Part shown: piece after piece, positions 8,974 to 19,718 of the stretch
Layout: the number at the start of each line of letters is the position of its first letter
How positions within the stretch are numbered: position 1 is the first letter of the stretch
Assembly (NCBI GenBank): GCA_003210025.1
Contig: QCNW01000006.1
Location: 23,077 to 87,076, forward strand
Direction of reading: 5' to 3'
DNA length: 64,000 nucleotides
Source: Pelagibacteraceae bacterium AG-426-M19
GTDB lineage: Bacteria > Pseudomonadota > Alphaproteobacteria > Pelagibacterales > Pelagibacteraceae
Program-made: the position numbers and the translations under genes
Notes under the pieces: generated by a model
Told to the model about the DNA's origin: nothing
What the model saw: only the letters and a program-made list of their open reading frames with translations
Databases searched by the model: none

Positions 8974-9641
8974 TTTATTATCTCTTTTATTATTTTAAAG
9001 TTAATAGATTTTTTTTTCTTTAAACTCAATTCATCAATCTTATATATAAATTCATGCATTTTGCTATATGATCTGGCAATTCTTTTTATAATATAATCTA
9101 TAATTTTGTTATCTAACTTAATTTGCCTATCAGAGAAACTTTTTAAAATTATTGCATAAATCAACTCATCGTCTGGTTGCTCAATATTAGCTATTATGCA
9201 ATTCTTTAATCTTGATAATAAATCTGGAAGTGTAAATTTCATTGTATCTATTGGTTTTTTTGAAGAGATCAACAAATATTTATTGTCTTGTTCAACTAAG
9301 TTAAATAATGAATAAAGAAGTTTTTCGTCAAAACTTTCATCTAAGTCTTCAATTATTATATTGTTTGAAAGTTTAATTTTTTTTAAAATCTTAACGTCGA
9401 TATTTTTGCTATATAAATACAACGCATTACTTTTTTTTTTAAATATATTTGATAAATGTGTTTTACCAGAATATTTATCTCCAGTTAAATTGACAATTTT
9501 TTTTTCCCATTTAGGCCAAGCTTCTATAATATTTTTAGCAAAATAATTGCTTTTAGACACATAATAATCATTTTCATCAAAACTTTCAGCAATTCCAAAG
9601 TCTAAGAGTTTTTGATCTAATTCTCTCATTCTATATACCAA
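8970..9641 (-). CDS. hda: DnaA regulatory inactivator Hda-like AAA+ protein
   Basis: GDKYSGKTHL Walker A, IIIEDLD, LPDLLSRL, RQIKL; usual position next to DUF2066 and purM. Confidence 0.8.
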   Translation of the reverse strand: MVYRMRELDQKLLDFGIAESFDENDYYVSKSNYFAKNIIEAWPKWEKKIVNLTGDKYSGKTHLSNIFKKKSNALYLYSKNIDVKILKKIKLSNNIIIEDLDESFDEKLLYSLFNLVEQDNKYLLISSKKPIDTMKFTLPDLLSRLKNCIIANIEQPDDELIYAIILKSFSDRQIKLDNKIIDYIIKRIARSYSKMHEFIYKIDELSLKKKKSINFKIIKEIIN

Positions 9642-10702
9642 ATATCACTGGATGAGTTTATATTTATATTATTTACTTTTAAAGTATTTAGAAATTTTTC
9701 AGGATTATTATTATAAATTATTTTATATATAATTTCTTCGCTATTCATTTTCTCTATTTCATATTCATATACAAAATCAGATTCATTTAATATATTTTCT
9801 AATTTGTCAGATGTTATGAAATTACTGTTTTTTATTGAAATTTTTACAGGTATTGTAATTGAAGTATTGATTTTATTAATTAACTTCCACTTGTCTTCGT
9901 ATAAATTTTTTAAATTTAATATAATTTGATCTAATGTTTTATTATCTTCATAATTGATATTTTTTTGATTTAAATTAAATTTGAAGTTTGAATTTGAAAA
10001 ACTAATTTTGGAAAATATTTGTAAATCTTTTTTATTTTTGTAAAATATTACTACGAAAATATTTTCGAAGTTATATTTATTTGTAATCTCAGATAAATCA
10101 TTGTTTTCAATATTATTTTTTATTTTTTGAAAAAAACGAAAATATTCAATATTTTCATCTGGTAAATTATAATTTAATAAAAAATAATTTTTATTAACAT
10201 TGTTCCAATTATTATAAAAATAATTTTGATCAAAAAACTTAATCTCGTTACTTTGTGTATCAATTAAAATTGGTATAAAAAGAACATCTGTTTCTTTTGG
10301 AACAGAAGAAATAACATTTTTTTCTCTAATAAATGATAATATTTTTTTTTTATCAAACTTAACCTCAAAATCAACCTCATAATTATTGTTTACAAATTTT
10401 TCATTTGTTATAGAAAAATTATCAATCAATGAACTAATTTTATTGTTTGGTACATCCTTAAATAATTTTTTATCTTTACTTTCTACAATTTTAAAAATTA
10501 ATGTTTTAAATCCTTTTTCAAAACCCTTATTTATTACTTTATCTTTATTAAAATTAATGTCGTATTGTTCTTTAATTTTAATATTTTTAACTATGTAATT
10601 ATCTGCAAGAACTATAGCTGTGGAAAACTTGATAAAAACTAAAATGAAAAGTAAAAAAAAAAAGTATAAGTAAATATTAATTTTATTTTTGATTAAAAAC
10701 AT
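9626..10702 (-). CDS. DUF2066-like exported protein
   Basis: Signal peptide ending AIVLA; usual slot between purM and hda. Confidence 0.6.
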   Translation of the reverse strand: MFLIKNKINIYLYFFFLLFILVFIKFSTAIVLADNYIVKNIKIKEQYDINFNKDKVINKGFEKGFKTLIFKIVESKDKKLFKDVPNNKISSLIDNFSITNEKFVNNNYEVDFEVKFDKKKILSFIREKNVISSVPKETDVLFIPILIDTQSNEIKFFDQNYFYNNWNNVNKNYFLLNYNLPDENIEYFRFFQKIKNNIENNDLSEITNKYNFENIFVVIFYKNKKDLQIFSKISFSNSNFKFNLNQKNINYEDNKTLDQIILNLKNLYEDKWKLINKINTSITIPVKISIKNSNFITSDKLENILNESDFVYEYEIEKMNSEEIIYKIIYNNNPEKFLNTLKVNNININSSSDIWYIE

Positions 10703-10711
10703 AATTTAAAC

Positions 10712-11734
10712 ATGAGATCGAAAAATTTTACATATGAGAAAAGTGGCGTAAGCATAAAAAAAGCAGATAAATTTATTAAATTTATATCCTCAAGTACAAA
10801 AAAATCAAAAAAAAGTGGTCATTTTGAGAATATTGGGGGATTTGGAGCACTTACAAAACTGCCAAGTAATTTAAAGAATCCATATCTTGTAACTAGTACA
10901 GACGGAGTTGGTACAAAAATTGAAGTTGCAAATCAAATAGGTAAATTTGATACAATTGGGGTAGATCTTGTAGCTATGTGTGTAAATGACATTATCGTTC
11001 AAGGAGCAAAACCTTTACTTTTTTTAGATTATATATCAGTTGAAAAAATCAATACTAAAAAACTGAAAAGTATAATGAGTGGAATTATTAAAGGCTGCAA
11101 ATTAGCTGACTGTGAATTAGTTGGTGGAGAAACTGCAGAAATGCCTGGAACATATTCAAAAGGAAAATTTGATATTGCAGGATTTTCTTTAGGCCTAGTG
11201 GAAAAAGATAAAATATTATTAAATAAAATAAAAGAAAAAGATTTAGTGCTAGCAATACCTTCCAGTGGACTCCACTCAAATGGATATTCTTTAGTAAGAC
11301 ATATTATTAAAAAAAAAAAAATTAATCTAAAAAAAAATTCATTTTTAAAAAAAGAATTAATGGTACCAACAAAAATATATGTAATAAATATATTAGAATT
11401 AATTAAAAAAAAATATTTAAATGCTTGTGCAAATATTACTGGAGGTGGATTAAAAGATAATATTAAAAGAATAATACCAGATAATTATTGTGCTGAAATA
11501 AACTTAGAAAAAATAAAAACATTAAAAATATTTAGATGGCTAAAAAATCAAGGTGTTAGCGACCAAGAAATGTTAAAAACTTTTAATTGTGGTGTGGGTT
11601 TTTGTTTAATAGTAAAACGTTCAAACTACAAAAAAATAATTAGATTTTTTCCAAAAAAATATAAACCATATGTTATTGGAAAAATTACAAAAAATTCAAA
11701 AAAAGTAAAGTTGAGTGGAAAAGTTATTTGGTAA
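10712..11734 (+). CDS. purM: Phosphoribosylformylglycinamidine cyclo-ligase
   Basis: TDGVGTK, DLVAMCVND, GGETAEMPG, SSGLHSNGYSL, TFNCGVG. Confidence 0.97.
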   Translation: MRSKNFTYEKSGVSIKKADKFIKFISSSTKKSKKSGHFENIGGFGALTKLPSNLKNPYLVTSTDGVGTKIEVANQIGKFDTIGVDLVAMCVNDIIVQGAKPLLFLDYISVEKINTKKLKSIMSGIIKGCKLADCELVGGETAEMPGTYSKGKFDIAGFSLGLVEKDKILLNKIKEKDLVLAIPSSGLHSNGYSLVRHIIKKKKINLKKNSFLKKELMVPTKIYVINILELIKKKYLNACANITGGGLKDNIKRIIPDNYCAEINLEKIKTLKIFRWLKNQGVSDQEMLKTFNCGVGFCLIVKRSNYKKIIRFFPKKYKPYVIGKITKNSKKVKLSGKVIW

Positions 11735-12293
11735 AAAAAATACGGCAGTATTAATAAGTGGCAGAGGTAGTAATCTTAAATCATTAATAAAATATTCAAA
11801 AACGAAAAGATCTTTAATTAGGATTGTTCTAGTTGTCTCAAATAATTGTAGTGCAAAAGGATTAGATTATGCAAATAAATCTAAAATCAATAATGTCTTT
11901 ATCAAATACTCTAATAGAAAAAGTTTTGAAGATCGTTTGTTAAAATTATTAAAAAGAAATCATGTTGATTTGATTTGTTTAGCTGGATTTATGAAAATAC
12001 TCTCAGGTAGTTTTATTAAAAAATATGTTAGACCTATACTTAATATTCACCCTTCTCTTCTTCCTAAGTATAAAGGGCTAAATACACACAAAAAGGCTAT
12101 TCAAAATAAAGATAAATATTCTGGAGCTACAGTACATATTGTTAATGAGAAATTAGACTCTGGTAAAATAATTATACAAAAAAAAGTAAAAATTCTAAAA
12201 TCTGATAGTGAAAAGACCTTAGAAAAAAAAGTTTTAAAAATTGAGCACAAAATATACCCAAAAGCAATTAATAGACTATTAACTAGTGATTAA
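11715..12293 (+). CDS. purN: Phosphoribosylglycinamide formyltransferase
   Basis: LISGRGSNL, LAGFMKIL, LNIHPSLLP, GATVH, DSGKII. Confidence 0.96.
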   Translation: MEKLFGKKNTAVLISGRGSNLKSLIKYSKTKRSLIRIVLVVSNNCSAKGLDYANKSKINNVFIKYSNRKSFEDRLLKLLKRNHVDLICLAGFMKILSGSFIKKYVRPILNIHPSLLPKYKGLNTHKKAIQNKDKYSGATVHIVNEKLDSGKIIIQKKVKILKSDSEKTLEKKVLKIEHKIYPKAINRLLTSD

Positions 12294-12693
12294 AAAAAAA
12301 ATCTAATTCAATCTTAGCATTTTCAAGACTGTCTGATCCATGAACAGAGTTTTTATCAATTGAAATACCATATTTTTTCCTTAAAGTACCTTCCTCTGCG
12401 TCAACTGGATTTGTTGCTCCCATTAACTTTCTATTTTCTGCAACAGCATTTTCTCTTTGTAAAGTCATGACAATAATAGGTCCTGAAGACAAATAAGTAC
12501 ATAGATCATTATAAAATGGTTTGGACTCATGAACTTTATAAAATCTTTCAGCATCCTCTTTAGACATATGAATTTTTTTTTCTTTTACTATTTCAAATCC
12601 TTTATTTGTGAAATCCTGCTTAATCTGATCTTGAAGATTTCTTTCAACTGCATCTGGTTTAATTATTGATAAAGTTTGCTCAATATTACTCAT
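12283..12693 (-). CDS. ndk: Nucleoside diphosphate kinase (probable start 12693)
   Basis: EQTLSIIKPDAV, GATNP, GTLR, NSVHGSDS. Confidence 0.96.
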   Translation of the reverse strand: MSNIEQTLSIIKPDAVERNLQDQIKQDFTNKGFEIVKEKKIHMSKEDAERFYKVHESKPFYNDLCTYLSSGPIIVMTLQRENAVAENRKLMGATNPVDAEEGTLRKKYGISIDKNSVHGSDSLENAKIELDFFFNH

Positions 12694-14119
12694 AGTTATC
12701 CTCAATTAATTTATTTAACAATCTAACTCCATAACCAGTTGCACCACCAGAGTTAAGCGCTCCTCCATATTTTGAAAATGCCATGCCAGCAATATCTAAG
12801 TGGGCCCAAGGAGTTTTATTTATTATGAACCTCTGCAAAAATTGTGCTGCTGTGGTCGAACCTGCCCCACCTACATAATTAATATTTTGCATATCTGCGT
12901 TTTTAGAATTTATTAATTTGTCAAAGTTTTCGTTTAAAGGCATTCTCCAGAGTTTTTCTTCAACACTTTCACCTGCATCAATTAATCTTTTAGATAATTT
13001 GTCATTATTTGAAAATAGACCTGCATATTCTGAACCAAGAGAAACAATTATTGCGCCAGTTAATGTTGCTAGGTCAATTATAAATTGAGGTTTAAATTTT
13101 TCTTCTGTAAATGTCAAAGCATCAGCCAGAACTAATCTACCTTCTGCATCTGTATTTAAAATTTCAATAGTTTTTCCACTATAAGATTTTACAATATCAC
13201 CAGGTCTTTGGGCATTTCCACTCACCATATTTTCTACTAGGCCTACTACACCAACTGCATTAATTTTTGATTTTCTTAGTGCAAGTGTTTTCATTAAACC
13301 TACAACAGTGGCTGAGCCTGCCATATCATATGTCATATCTTCCATGAATTTTGCAGGTTTTAATGAATAACCACCAGTATCAAAGCATACGCCTTTTCCA
13401 ACAAATCCTAGCGGTCTAGATTTATTCTTTGCTCCATTCCACTCTATAGTGACTAAGTATGACCCTCTTACACTTCCCTGTCCTACTCCTAATAAAGCAT
13501 TCATACCCATTTTTTTTAATTTTTTTTGATCATATACTTTAACTTTTAAACCAAATTTTCTTAATTTAGTTATTCGTTTTGCATATTCGTCTGGATGAAG
13601 AATATTGCCTGGCTCAGACACAAGATCTCTCGTAAGAAAAACACCTTCTAAAAGTGAGTTTAATTTATTTCTTAATAAATTAGTATTTTTGTATTTGTTT
13701 CCAACTATATATAAATTTGTAATTACATTTTTCAATTTATTAGTTTTATAAACATCAAAATTATAAGACTTAAGTTGAGCACCATGTAAAAATTTTTCTA
13801 ATTGAACATTCGTAATATTAGCATTTGCTTCAAGAAAACTTTTCTCAATTTTATTATTTTTTAAAAAAATGAATAAATCAGACCCGAGCTTCTCATAATC
13901 TAGTGATGTTTTGATTTTCATACAATTTACAAAAATATAATTTTTGTCTTTAAAGTTTTTTATAATAAATTTTTTTTCTAAGAATAGTTTGTTGACAAAT
14001 AAAGATTTACTAAAAGATTTGACTAAATTATTTTTGATAATTTTGTCTTTCAATAAAATAACCTCGTTTTCAAGGGCTACTTTAGGTGCTTTATTTACAA
14101 ATTCTAATTTTAGCTTCAT
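12686..14119 (-). CDS. pepA: Leucyl aminopeptidase
   Basis: VGKGVCFDTGG, DMAGSA, NTDAEGRLVLAD, DLATLTGA, HLDIAG. Confidence 0.96.
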   Translation of the reverse strand: MKLKLEFVNKAPKVALENEVILLKDKIIKNNLVKSFSKSLFVNKLFLEKKFIIKNFKDKNYIFVNCMKIKTSLDYEKLGSDLFIFLKNNKIEKSFLEANANITNVQLEKFLHGAQLKSYNFDVYKTNKLKNVITNLYIVGNKYKNTNLLRNKLNSLLEGVFLTRDLVSEPGNILHPDEYAKRITKLRKFGLKVKVYDQKKLKKMGMNALLGVGQGSVRGSYLVTIEWNGAKNKSRPLGFVGKGVCFDTGGYSLKPAKFMEDMTYDMAGSATVVGLMKTLALRKSKINAVGVVGLVENMVSGNAQRPGDIVKSYSGKTIEILNTDAEGRLVLADALTFTEEKFKPQFIIDLATLTGAIIVSLGSEYAGLFSNNDKLSKRLIDAGESVEEKLWRMPLNENFDKLINSKNADMQNINYVGGAGSTTAAQFLQRFIINKTPWAHLDIAGMAFSKYGGALNSGGATGYGVRLLNKLIEDNYE

Positions 14120-14173
14120 TTTTTTGAAATATTTAATAGATAATGTTGTATATTTAATAAATTTATAATTTCA

Positions 14174-15310
14174 ATGAATAAATTAATATTTCGAAAGTTA
14201 TCTTTTGATATTTTTTCATTTTTTTTATTATCATCTATAGCAATAACTTCAATTGTGTGGGTAATACAAGGGGTTAATCTATTAGATATCGTATCAGAAC
14301 AAGGACATGGTCTAAATGTTTATTTTTTTTATACAATTTTAAACATACCTAAAATATTCAGTAAATTATTAATATTTACATATTTTTTAACTTTGTTTGT
14401 GGTTTTAATCAGATATGTGGAGAGTAATGAAATACTTGTTTTCTGGACAAACGGTATAAGAAAAATAACTTTTATCAATTTTATAGGTAAACTCTCAATT
14501 TTTTTTGTCATTTTACAATTATTTCTTACTTTGATAATTGTTCCATATACACAAAATTTAAAACAAGAATATTTAAAAAATTCAACTATTGAATTTTTTC
14601 CCAAATTGATAAAAGAAAAAAAATTTTCCAACATAACAAAAAACCTCACAATTTTTGTTGAAAAAAATGTTAAAGACGGTTTTTTTGAAGGCATATATAT
14701 AAAAGAGAAGATTAATGATGTTGAAAGTAAAATTATTATAGCCAGCAAAGGAAAATTATTTAAAAATAAAAATGATCAAGGATTTAATTTTAAACTTATT
14801 GATGGAAATATTACTAATATAGATACAAATGAAAGTATAAATTTAAAATTCAAGGAAAGTGTTTATGAACTTTCAAAAATAAATTCAAAAACAAGGAAAG
14901 TAAGTAAGTTAAATGAAACTAACAGCTCTTATTTGATAAAATGTCTAGATAAATTTATTCAAAATAGAAAAGACGAGGAGATAAGATGCGGTTTGGAAAG
15001 CTCATTCTTAATAAAAGATATATATGAAGAAGTATTTAAAAGAATTGTTAATCCTATATATCTTATAATTTTATCTCTTATAAGTTCGCTTCTAATTTTA
15101 AAACCAAAATTATCATTATTTGATAAATATTTTAGATTTTTTTTATTTGCCACAGGGTTTTTGATAATTTTATTTTCAGAGTTAAGCTATAAGTTTATAT
15201 CGTATACATTTTTATTTGAGGCAATATTCATTACATTGCCATTAATTTTTATACCCATTTTTTACATTATTCTTTTATTTAAAACTAATTTTAAGATGAA
15301 ATATTTATAA
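14174..15310 (+). CDS. lptF: LPS export permease LptF
   Basis: YjgP/YjgQ-type 3+3 TM layout; divergent from pepA, followed by its paralogue and lptD. Confidence 0.8.
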   Translation: MNKLIFRKLSFDIFSFFLLSSIAITSIVWVIQGVNLLDIVSEQGHGLNVYFFYTILNIPKIFSKLLIFTYFLTLFVVLIRYVESNEILVFWTNGIRKITFINFIGKLSIFFVILQLFLTLIIVPYTQNLKQEYLKNSTIEFFPKLIKEKKFSNITKNLTIFVEKNVKDGFFEGIYIKEKINDVESKIIIASKGKLFKNKNDQGFNFKLIDGNITNIDTNESINLKFKESVYELSKINSKTRKVSKLNETNSSYLIKCLDKFIQNRKDEEIRCGLESSFLIKDIYEEVFKRIVNPIYLIILSLISSLLILKPKLSLFDKYFRFFLFATGFLIILFSELSYKFISYTFLFEAIFITLPLIFIPIFYIILLFKTNFKMKYL

Positions 15311-16389
15311 TGCTAAAAAAATATCAATCATATATTTATACAATTTTTTTAAAAAACTTTTTTATTATAAGCTTAATTTTTTTCTGTTTAATTATAGTAA
15401 TAAATTTTTTTGAGGAAGTAAGATTTTCTGAAAAAACTAATATAGATATTTACTATTCAATTTATTTATCTTTGTTAAATGCCCCATCTCTTATTTTTGA
15501 AATTTTTCCTTTTATATTTTTAATCACAGTTAAAGCTTTTTATCTAAATTTAGATGATAGAAATGAAATAAAAATATTAAATTCAAATGGAATTAGTAAC
15601 TTTAAAGTTGTTTTACTATTAGTAATAATTTCAACACTTATAGGTATATTTTTATTATTATTTTATTACTCATTTTCCTCCAGTTTAAAAAGCAAATATT
15701 TAGATTTAAAAAACAGGTTCTCAAATACCAATGAATATCTAGCAGTTGTTAAAGATGATGGACTTTGGATAAAAGAAGAAATAGAAAATAGTGTTTATTT
15801 TATTCATGCAGAAGGTTTTGATGAAAGTAATTTAAAGTTAATTACAATTACTGAAATTGATAAATACTATAATAGTAAAAATACAATATTTGCAGAAAAA
15901 GCAAACATTACATCAAAAAATTGGTATTTAGAGAATGTATCTATAATTGATAACAGTGGTATCAAAAATGATTATAAAAGTTTAGTTTATAACTCAACAT
16001 TTAATGGGGAAATAATATCTAGTTTGTTTTCTAATCTTAATTCTTTAAATATTTATGAATTACATATGCTATCAAATAGTTATTCTAAAATAGGATATTC
16101 AAATACAGACATTAAAATACACTTAAATAAAATCTATAGTATGCCTTTTTTCTATATTTTAATGACAGTTTTAGGATTTATAATAATTAATAAACTTAAA
16201 AATTTTAATTCAAGATTCTTTGTTATAATTTTTGGAATATTTATTTCTGTGATTGTTTACTATTTAAATTATTTTTCAGGTGTTTTAGGTAATAATGGAA
16301 CTTTGCCAATTTATCTTTCAGTATGGGCTCCACTTTTAATTTTATTTCTAGTATGTAACATTGGAATAATAAGAGTGAACGAAAATTAA
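15310..16389 (+). CDS. lptG: LPS export permease LptG
   Basis: NEIKILNSNGIS, GLWIKE, LPIYLSVWAP; YjgP/Q topology. Confidence 0.82.
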   Translation: MLKKYQSYIYTIFLKNFFIISLIFFCLIIVINFFEEVRFSEKTNIDIYYSIYLSLLNAPSLIFEIFPFIFLITVKAFYLNLDDRNEIKILNSNGISNFKVVLLLVIISTLIGIFLLLFYYSFSSSLKSKYLDLKNRFSNTNEYLAVVKDDGLWIKEEIENSVYFIHAEGFDESNLKLITITEIDKYYNSKNTIFAEKANITSKNWYLENVSIIDNSGIKNDYKSLVYNSTFNGEIISSLFSNLNSLNIYELHMLSNSYSKIGYSNTDIKIHLNKIYSMPFFYILMTVLGFIIINKLKNFNSRFFVIIFGIFISVIVYYLNYFSGVLGNNGTLPIYLSVWAPLLILFLVCNIGIIRVNEN

Positions 16390-16392
16390 ACA

Positions 16393-18786
16393 ATGAAAAT
16401 TGTATATATATTAATAAAGCTATTATTTTTATCTTTAATGAGCTTTAATTCTTTGTCAGAGGAAATCCAAATAGAATCATCTGATATGAATATTATCAAT
16501 AATGGAAATACAATTCTTGCAAGTAATTCTAAAATTATTGTACCTAATCAAAATATAAAAATAAAATCTAAATTAGCTAATTATGAAAAAAATAAAAATA
16601 TTGTAACTTTAGAAGAAGAAGTATTTTTTGATGATAAAAATAATGAAGTCTTAATAGAGAGCAACTTCATAAAATATGATTTGAATAAAGAATTAATCTT
16701 CAGTAAAGGAAAAACATCACTACTTATAGAAAGTGAATATAAAGTTAATTCAAAAAATATTTATTATAATAGAATTTTAAAAATTATTTATTCTAAATCA
16801 GAAACATTGATTGAAGATGGTGAAAATAATTTTTATATTTTAAAAGATGGTTTTGAATTTAATGTAAATAATGAAATAATAAAATCAAATAAATCTATCA
16901 TCATTGATAAAAATAATAATAAATATATTTTTGAAAACTTATTACTTAATTTAAAAAGTAAGGAAATTGCAGGTAATGAACTTAAAATAGAATTTGAAAA
17001 GTCCTATTTTGGAAATAAAAAAAATGATCCATTGCTTAAAGGAAGAAGTTCATATTCTAATAATGAAGAATTGAAAGTTTATAAAGCAGTATTTAGCACT
17101 TGTAATATCGAAAATAAAAATTGTAGAGGTTGGGAATTAAATTCTGACGAATTTAAACACGATAAAGAAAAGAGGATTTTTGAATATAAAAATTCTTGGT
17201 TAAAAATCTTTGATCGTAAAGTATTTTTTACACCTTATTTTAATCATCCAGATCCAACTGTAAAAAGAAAATCTGGTTTTTTAACTCCAACGTATTCAAC
17301 TTCGGAGAGTCTGGGAATTTCATTTAATATTCCATATTTTAAAGTAATTAGTTTTGATAAAGATATAACCTTTAGCCCAAGGTATTATGCTGATAAAAGT
17401 TTTTTGCTTCAAAATGAATATAGGCAAGCTCTAAAAAATTCAAATGTCCTGAGTGATTTCAGTTTTCTTATAGGTGATGCTGGAACCAAGGGACATTTTT
17501 TCTATAATCAAGTAGGTAATTTAAATGATAATTTAGATTTTGAATTAAACTTACAGAGCGTTGAAGGAGATAATTATCTTAAAAACTATAAACTGATTGA
17601 AACGTCCAATCTAATAAAAAATGACAATTTGCTGATATCAAATCTTGATTTAAATTGGAAATTTGAAGATGCATCTCTAGATACTTCTTTAAAAATCTTC
17701 GAGGATTTATCAAGAAATTACAGCGATAGGTATCAATACGTATTTCCTAACTTTAAGTTTTCAAAAATAATTGAAATTCCAAAAAAATATAACGGAAAAT
17801 TCACATTTAATTCATATGGTTATAATAAACTGTATGATACAAATGTAACTGAGACAGTTATAACAAATGATTTTTTGTTCTCATCTGATGAATTTGTAAA
17901 TTCTAAAGGAGTAGTATCAAATTATAATATTTTTTTAAAAAATCCTAGTTCTTATGCAAAAAATTCCTCTAATTTTGAAGACGATGAAAATTATGATTTA
18001 TATGGAACAATAAAGCTTGATAGTAGTTTTCCACTTCAGAAAAAAATAGATCAATACATTCATTATTTGAGACCTGTGGCATCTGTAAGATATAGTCCAA
18101 ATGGCAATAGTGATATTTCTTCAAAAGATGTTTTGTTAAACTATGATAATGTCTTTAGCTTAAACAGAATTGGCACTTCTGATCAAGTTGAAGGGGGAGA
18201 CTCATTAAGTATGGGACTAGAATTTAAAAGATCTGATAATCTTGGAACTGATATATTCGATTTCAAAATTGCAAACGTTCTTAAATCAAAAGAGAATTCT
18301 AAACTTCCTACCAAATCTAAATTAAATAAAACGAGGTCAGATTTTTTTGGTTCATTAAATTACAATTTTAACAAAAATTTGAAATTTGGCTATGATTTTT
18401 CATATGATAGAGATTTGGAATACTCAAACTTAGAAGGTTTAAACGTTGGTTTAAATTTAAATAATGTTTTTACAGATTTTTATTATTATACTACCAAAAA
18501 TGATCTTGGTAAAAATGAAACAATTTCAAATAGTACATTGATAAACTTAAATACTGAGAATTCATTCGAATTTAGTACCTCAAAGGATTTAATTGATGAT
18601 TTTACAGAATTTTATAATTTAATATACACGTATGAGACAGACTGCATTTCATTAAATTTAAATTACAATAAATCATTTTATAGAGATGGTACACTTGAAC
18701 CCAATGAAAGTTTGTCATTTTTGATTAAAATAATTCCATTTACAGAATTAGGTGTACCTAATCTTGGAAAATTAATAAATAAATAA
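16393..18786 (+). CDS. lptD: LPS assembly protein LptD
   Basis: FSTC..WEL, PYFNHPDPTVKRKSGFL, ISFNIPYF, YTYETDC; lptFG-lptD-surA-pdxA-rsmA synteny. Confidence 0.88.
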   Translation: MKIVYILIKLLFLSLMSFNSLSEEIQIESSDMNIINNGNTILASNSKIIVPNQNIKIKSKLANYEKNKNIVTLEEEVFFDDKNNEVLIESNFIKYDLNKELIFSKGKTSLLIESEYKVNSKNIYYNRILKIIYSKSETLIEDGENNFYILKDGFEFNVNNEIIKSNKSIIIDKNNNKYIFENLLLNLKSKEIAGNELKIEFEKSYFGNKKNDPLLKGRSSYSNNEELKVYKAVFSTCNIENKNCRGWELNSDEFKHDKEKRIFEYKNSWLKIFDRKVFFTPYFNHPDPTVKRKSGFLTPTYSTSESLGISFNIPYFKVISFDKDITFSPRYYADKSFLLQNEYRQALKNSNVLSDFSFLIGDAGTKGHFFYNQVGNLNDNLDFELNLQSVEGDNYLKNYKLIETSNLIKNDNLLISNLDLNWKFEDASLDTSLKIFEDLSRNYSDRYQYVFPNFKFSKIIEIPKKYNGKFTFNSYGYNKLYDTNVTETVITNDFLFSSDEFVNSKGVVSNYNIFLKNPSSYAKNSSNFEDDENYDLYGTIKLDSSFPLQKKIDQYIHYLRPVASVRYSPNGNSDISSKDVLLNYDNVFSLNRIGTSDQVEGGDSLSMGLEFKRSDNLGTDIFDFKIANVLKSKENSKLPTKSKLNKTRSDFFGSLNYNFNKNLKFGYDFSYDRDLEYSNLEGLNVGLNLNNVFTDFYYYTTKNDLGKNETISNSTLINLNTENSFEFSTSKDLIDDFTEFYNLIYTYETDCISLNLNYNKSFYRDGTLEPNESLSFLIKIIPFTELGVPNLGKLINK

Positions 18787-18791
18787 TTTAT

Positions 18792-19718
18792 ATGCTTAAA
18801 TTTTTATTTATTTTTTTAACATTAGTTTTTTTAAATTCAGCAAATGATTTGGATGCTAAAATTCAAATTAAATATAAAGTAGGTGGAGAAATCATTACTA
18901 CTACAGATATTGAAAATGAAAGAAAATATTTGGTTTTTTTAAGACCAGATCTGAAAAACTTGTCAAATGATGAAATTATAAAAATATCAGAGAATTCATT
19001 AATAAGAGATATGATAAAAAAAAAAGAAATAGATAAAGTTTTCAAAGATTTAGATAATAAAATAATTATTAATGAAGTTAAAAATAAACTCATTAGTTTT
19101 AAAAAAGTAAAAAACGAAAACGAATTTAGAAATTTACTTTATAAAGCAAATATTGATTATGACAAAATAATTGAAAAAACAAAATATGAAGCATTTTGGA
19201 ATGAATTAATTTTTCAAAAATATAATTCACTTATCAGAATAGACGAAAAACAGTTAAAATATGACTTGAAAACAAAAATATCTAGTAATAAAAAATTTGA
19301 ATATAACATCTCAGAATTATTATTTGAGATTGAAAATAACGAAAATATTAATAAAAAATATGATGAGATAATTGCATATATTAAAACAAATAATTTTAAA
19401 TCTGCTGCAACTAGATTTAGCATTTCTAATAGCTCAAGTAATGGTGGTAATATAGGGTGGATAAAAGAAACTTTATTATCAGATAATTTAAATAAATTAC
19501 TCAAAAATTTAAAAAAAAATCAAATTACTAAACCTATTAAGTATCCAAATGGATATTTGTTATTGAAAATAAATGACAAAAGAGAGTTAAAACAAAAAAT
19601 TGATTTTGATAGGGAACTAAAAGATCTAATCAATTTTGAAAAGAATAAGCAATTAAATCAATTTTCTCTTTTGTTTTATAAAAAACTTAAACAAAGCACG
19701 ATTATAAATGAATACTAA
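18792..19718 (+). CDS. surA: SurA-like peptidyl-prolyl isomerase/chaperone
   Basis: VGGEIITTTDI, FKSAATRFSIS.SS.NGGNIGWI parvulin motif; synteny. Confidence 0.8.
   Translation: MLKFLFIFLTLVFLNSANDLDAKIQIKYKVGGEIITTTDIENERKYLVFLRPDLKNLSNDEIIKISENSLIRDMIKKKEIDKVFKDLDNKIIINEVKNKLISFKKVKNENEFRNLLYKANIDYDKIIEKTKYEAFWNELIFQKYNSLIRIDEKQLKYDLKTKISSNKKFEYNISELLFEIENNENINKKYDEIIAYIKTNNFKSAATRFSISNSSSNGGNIGWIKETLLSDNLNKLLKNLKKNQITKPIKYPNGYLLLKINDKRELKQKIDFDRELKDLINFEKNKQLNQFSLLFYKKLKQSTIINEY

Noticed and set aside
11309-11321. A13 run in purM, and similar runs in pdxA, rpsR and DUF2155, as phase-variation sites
   Set aside because: All frames are intact and these are Lys/Phe codon runs in essential genes of an AT-rich genome.
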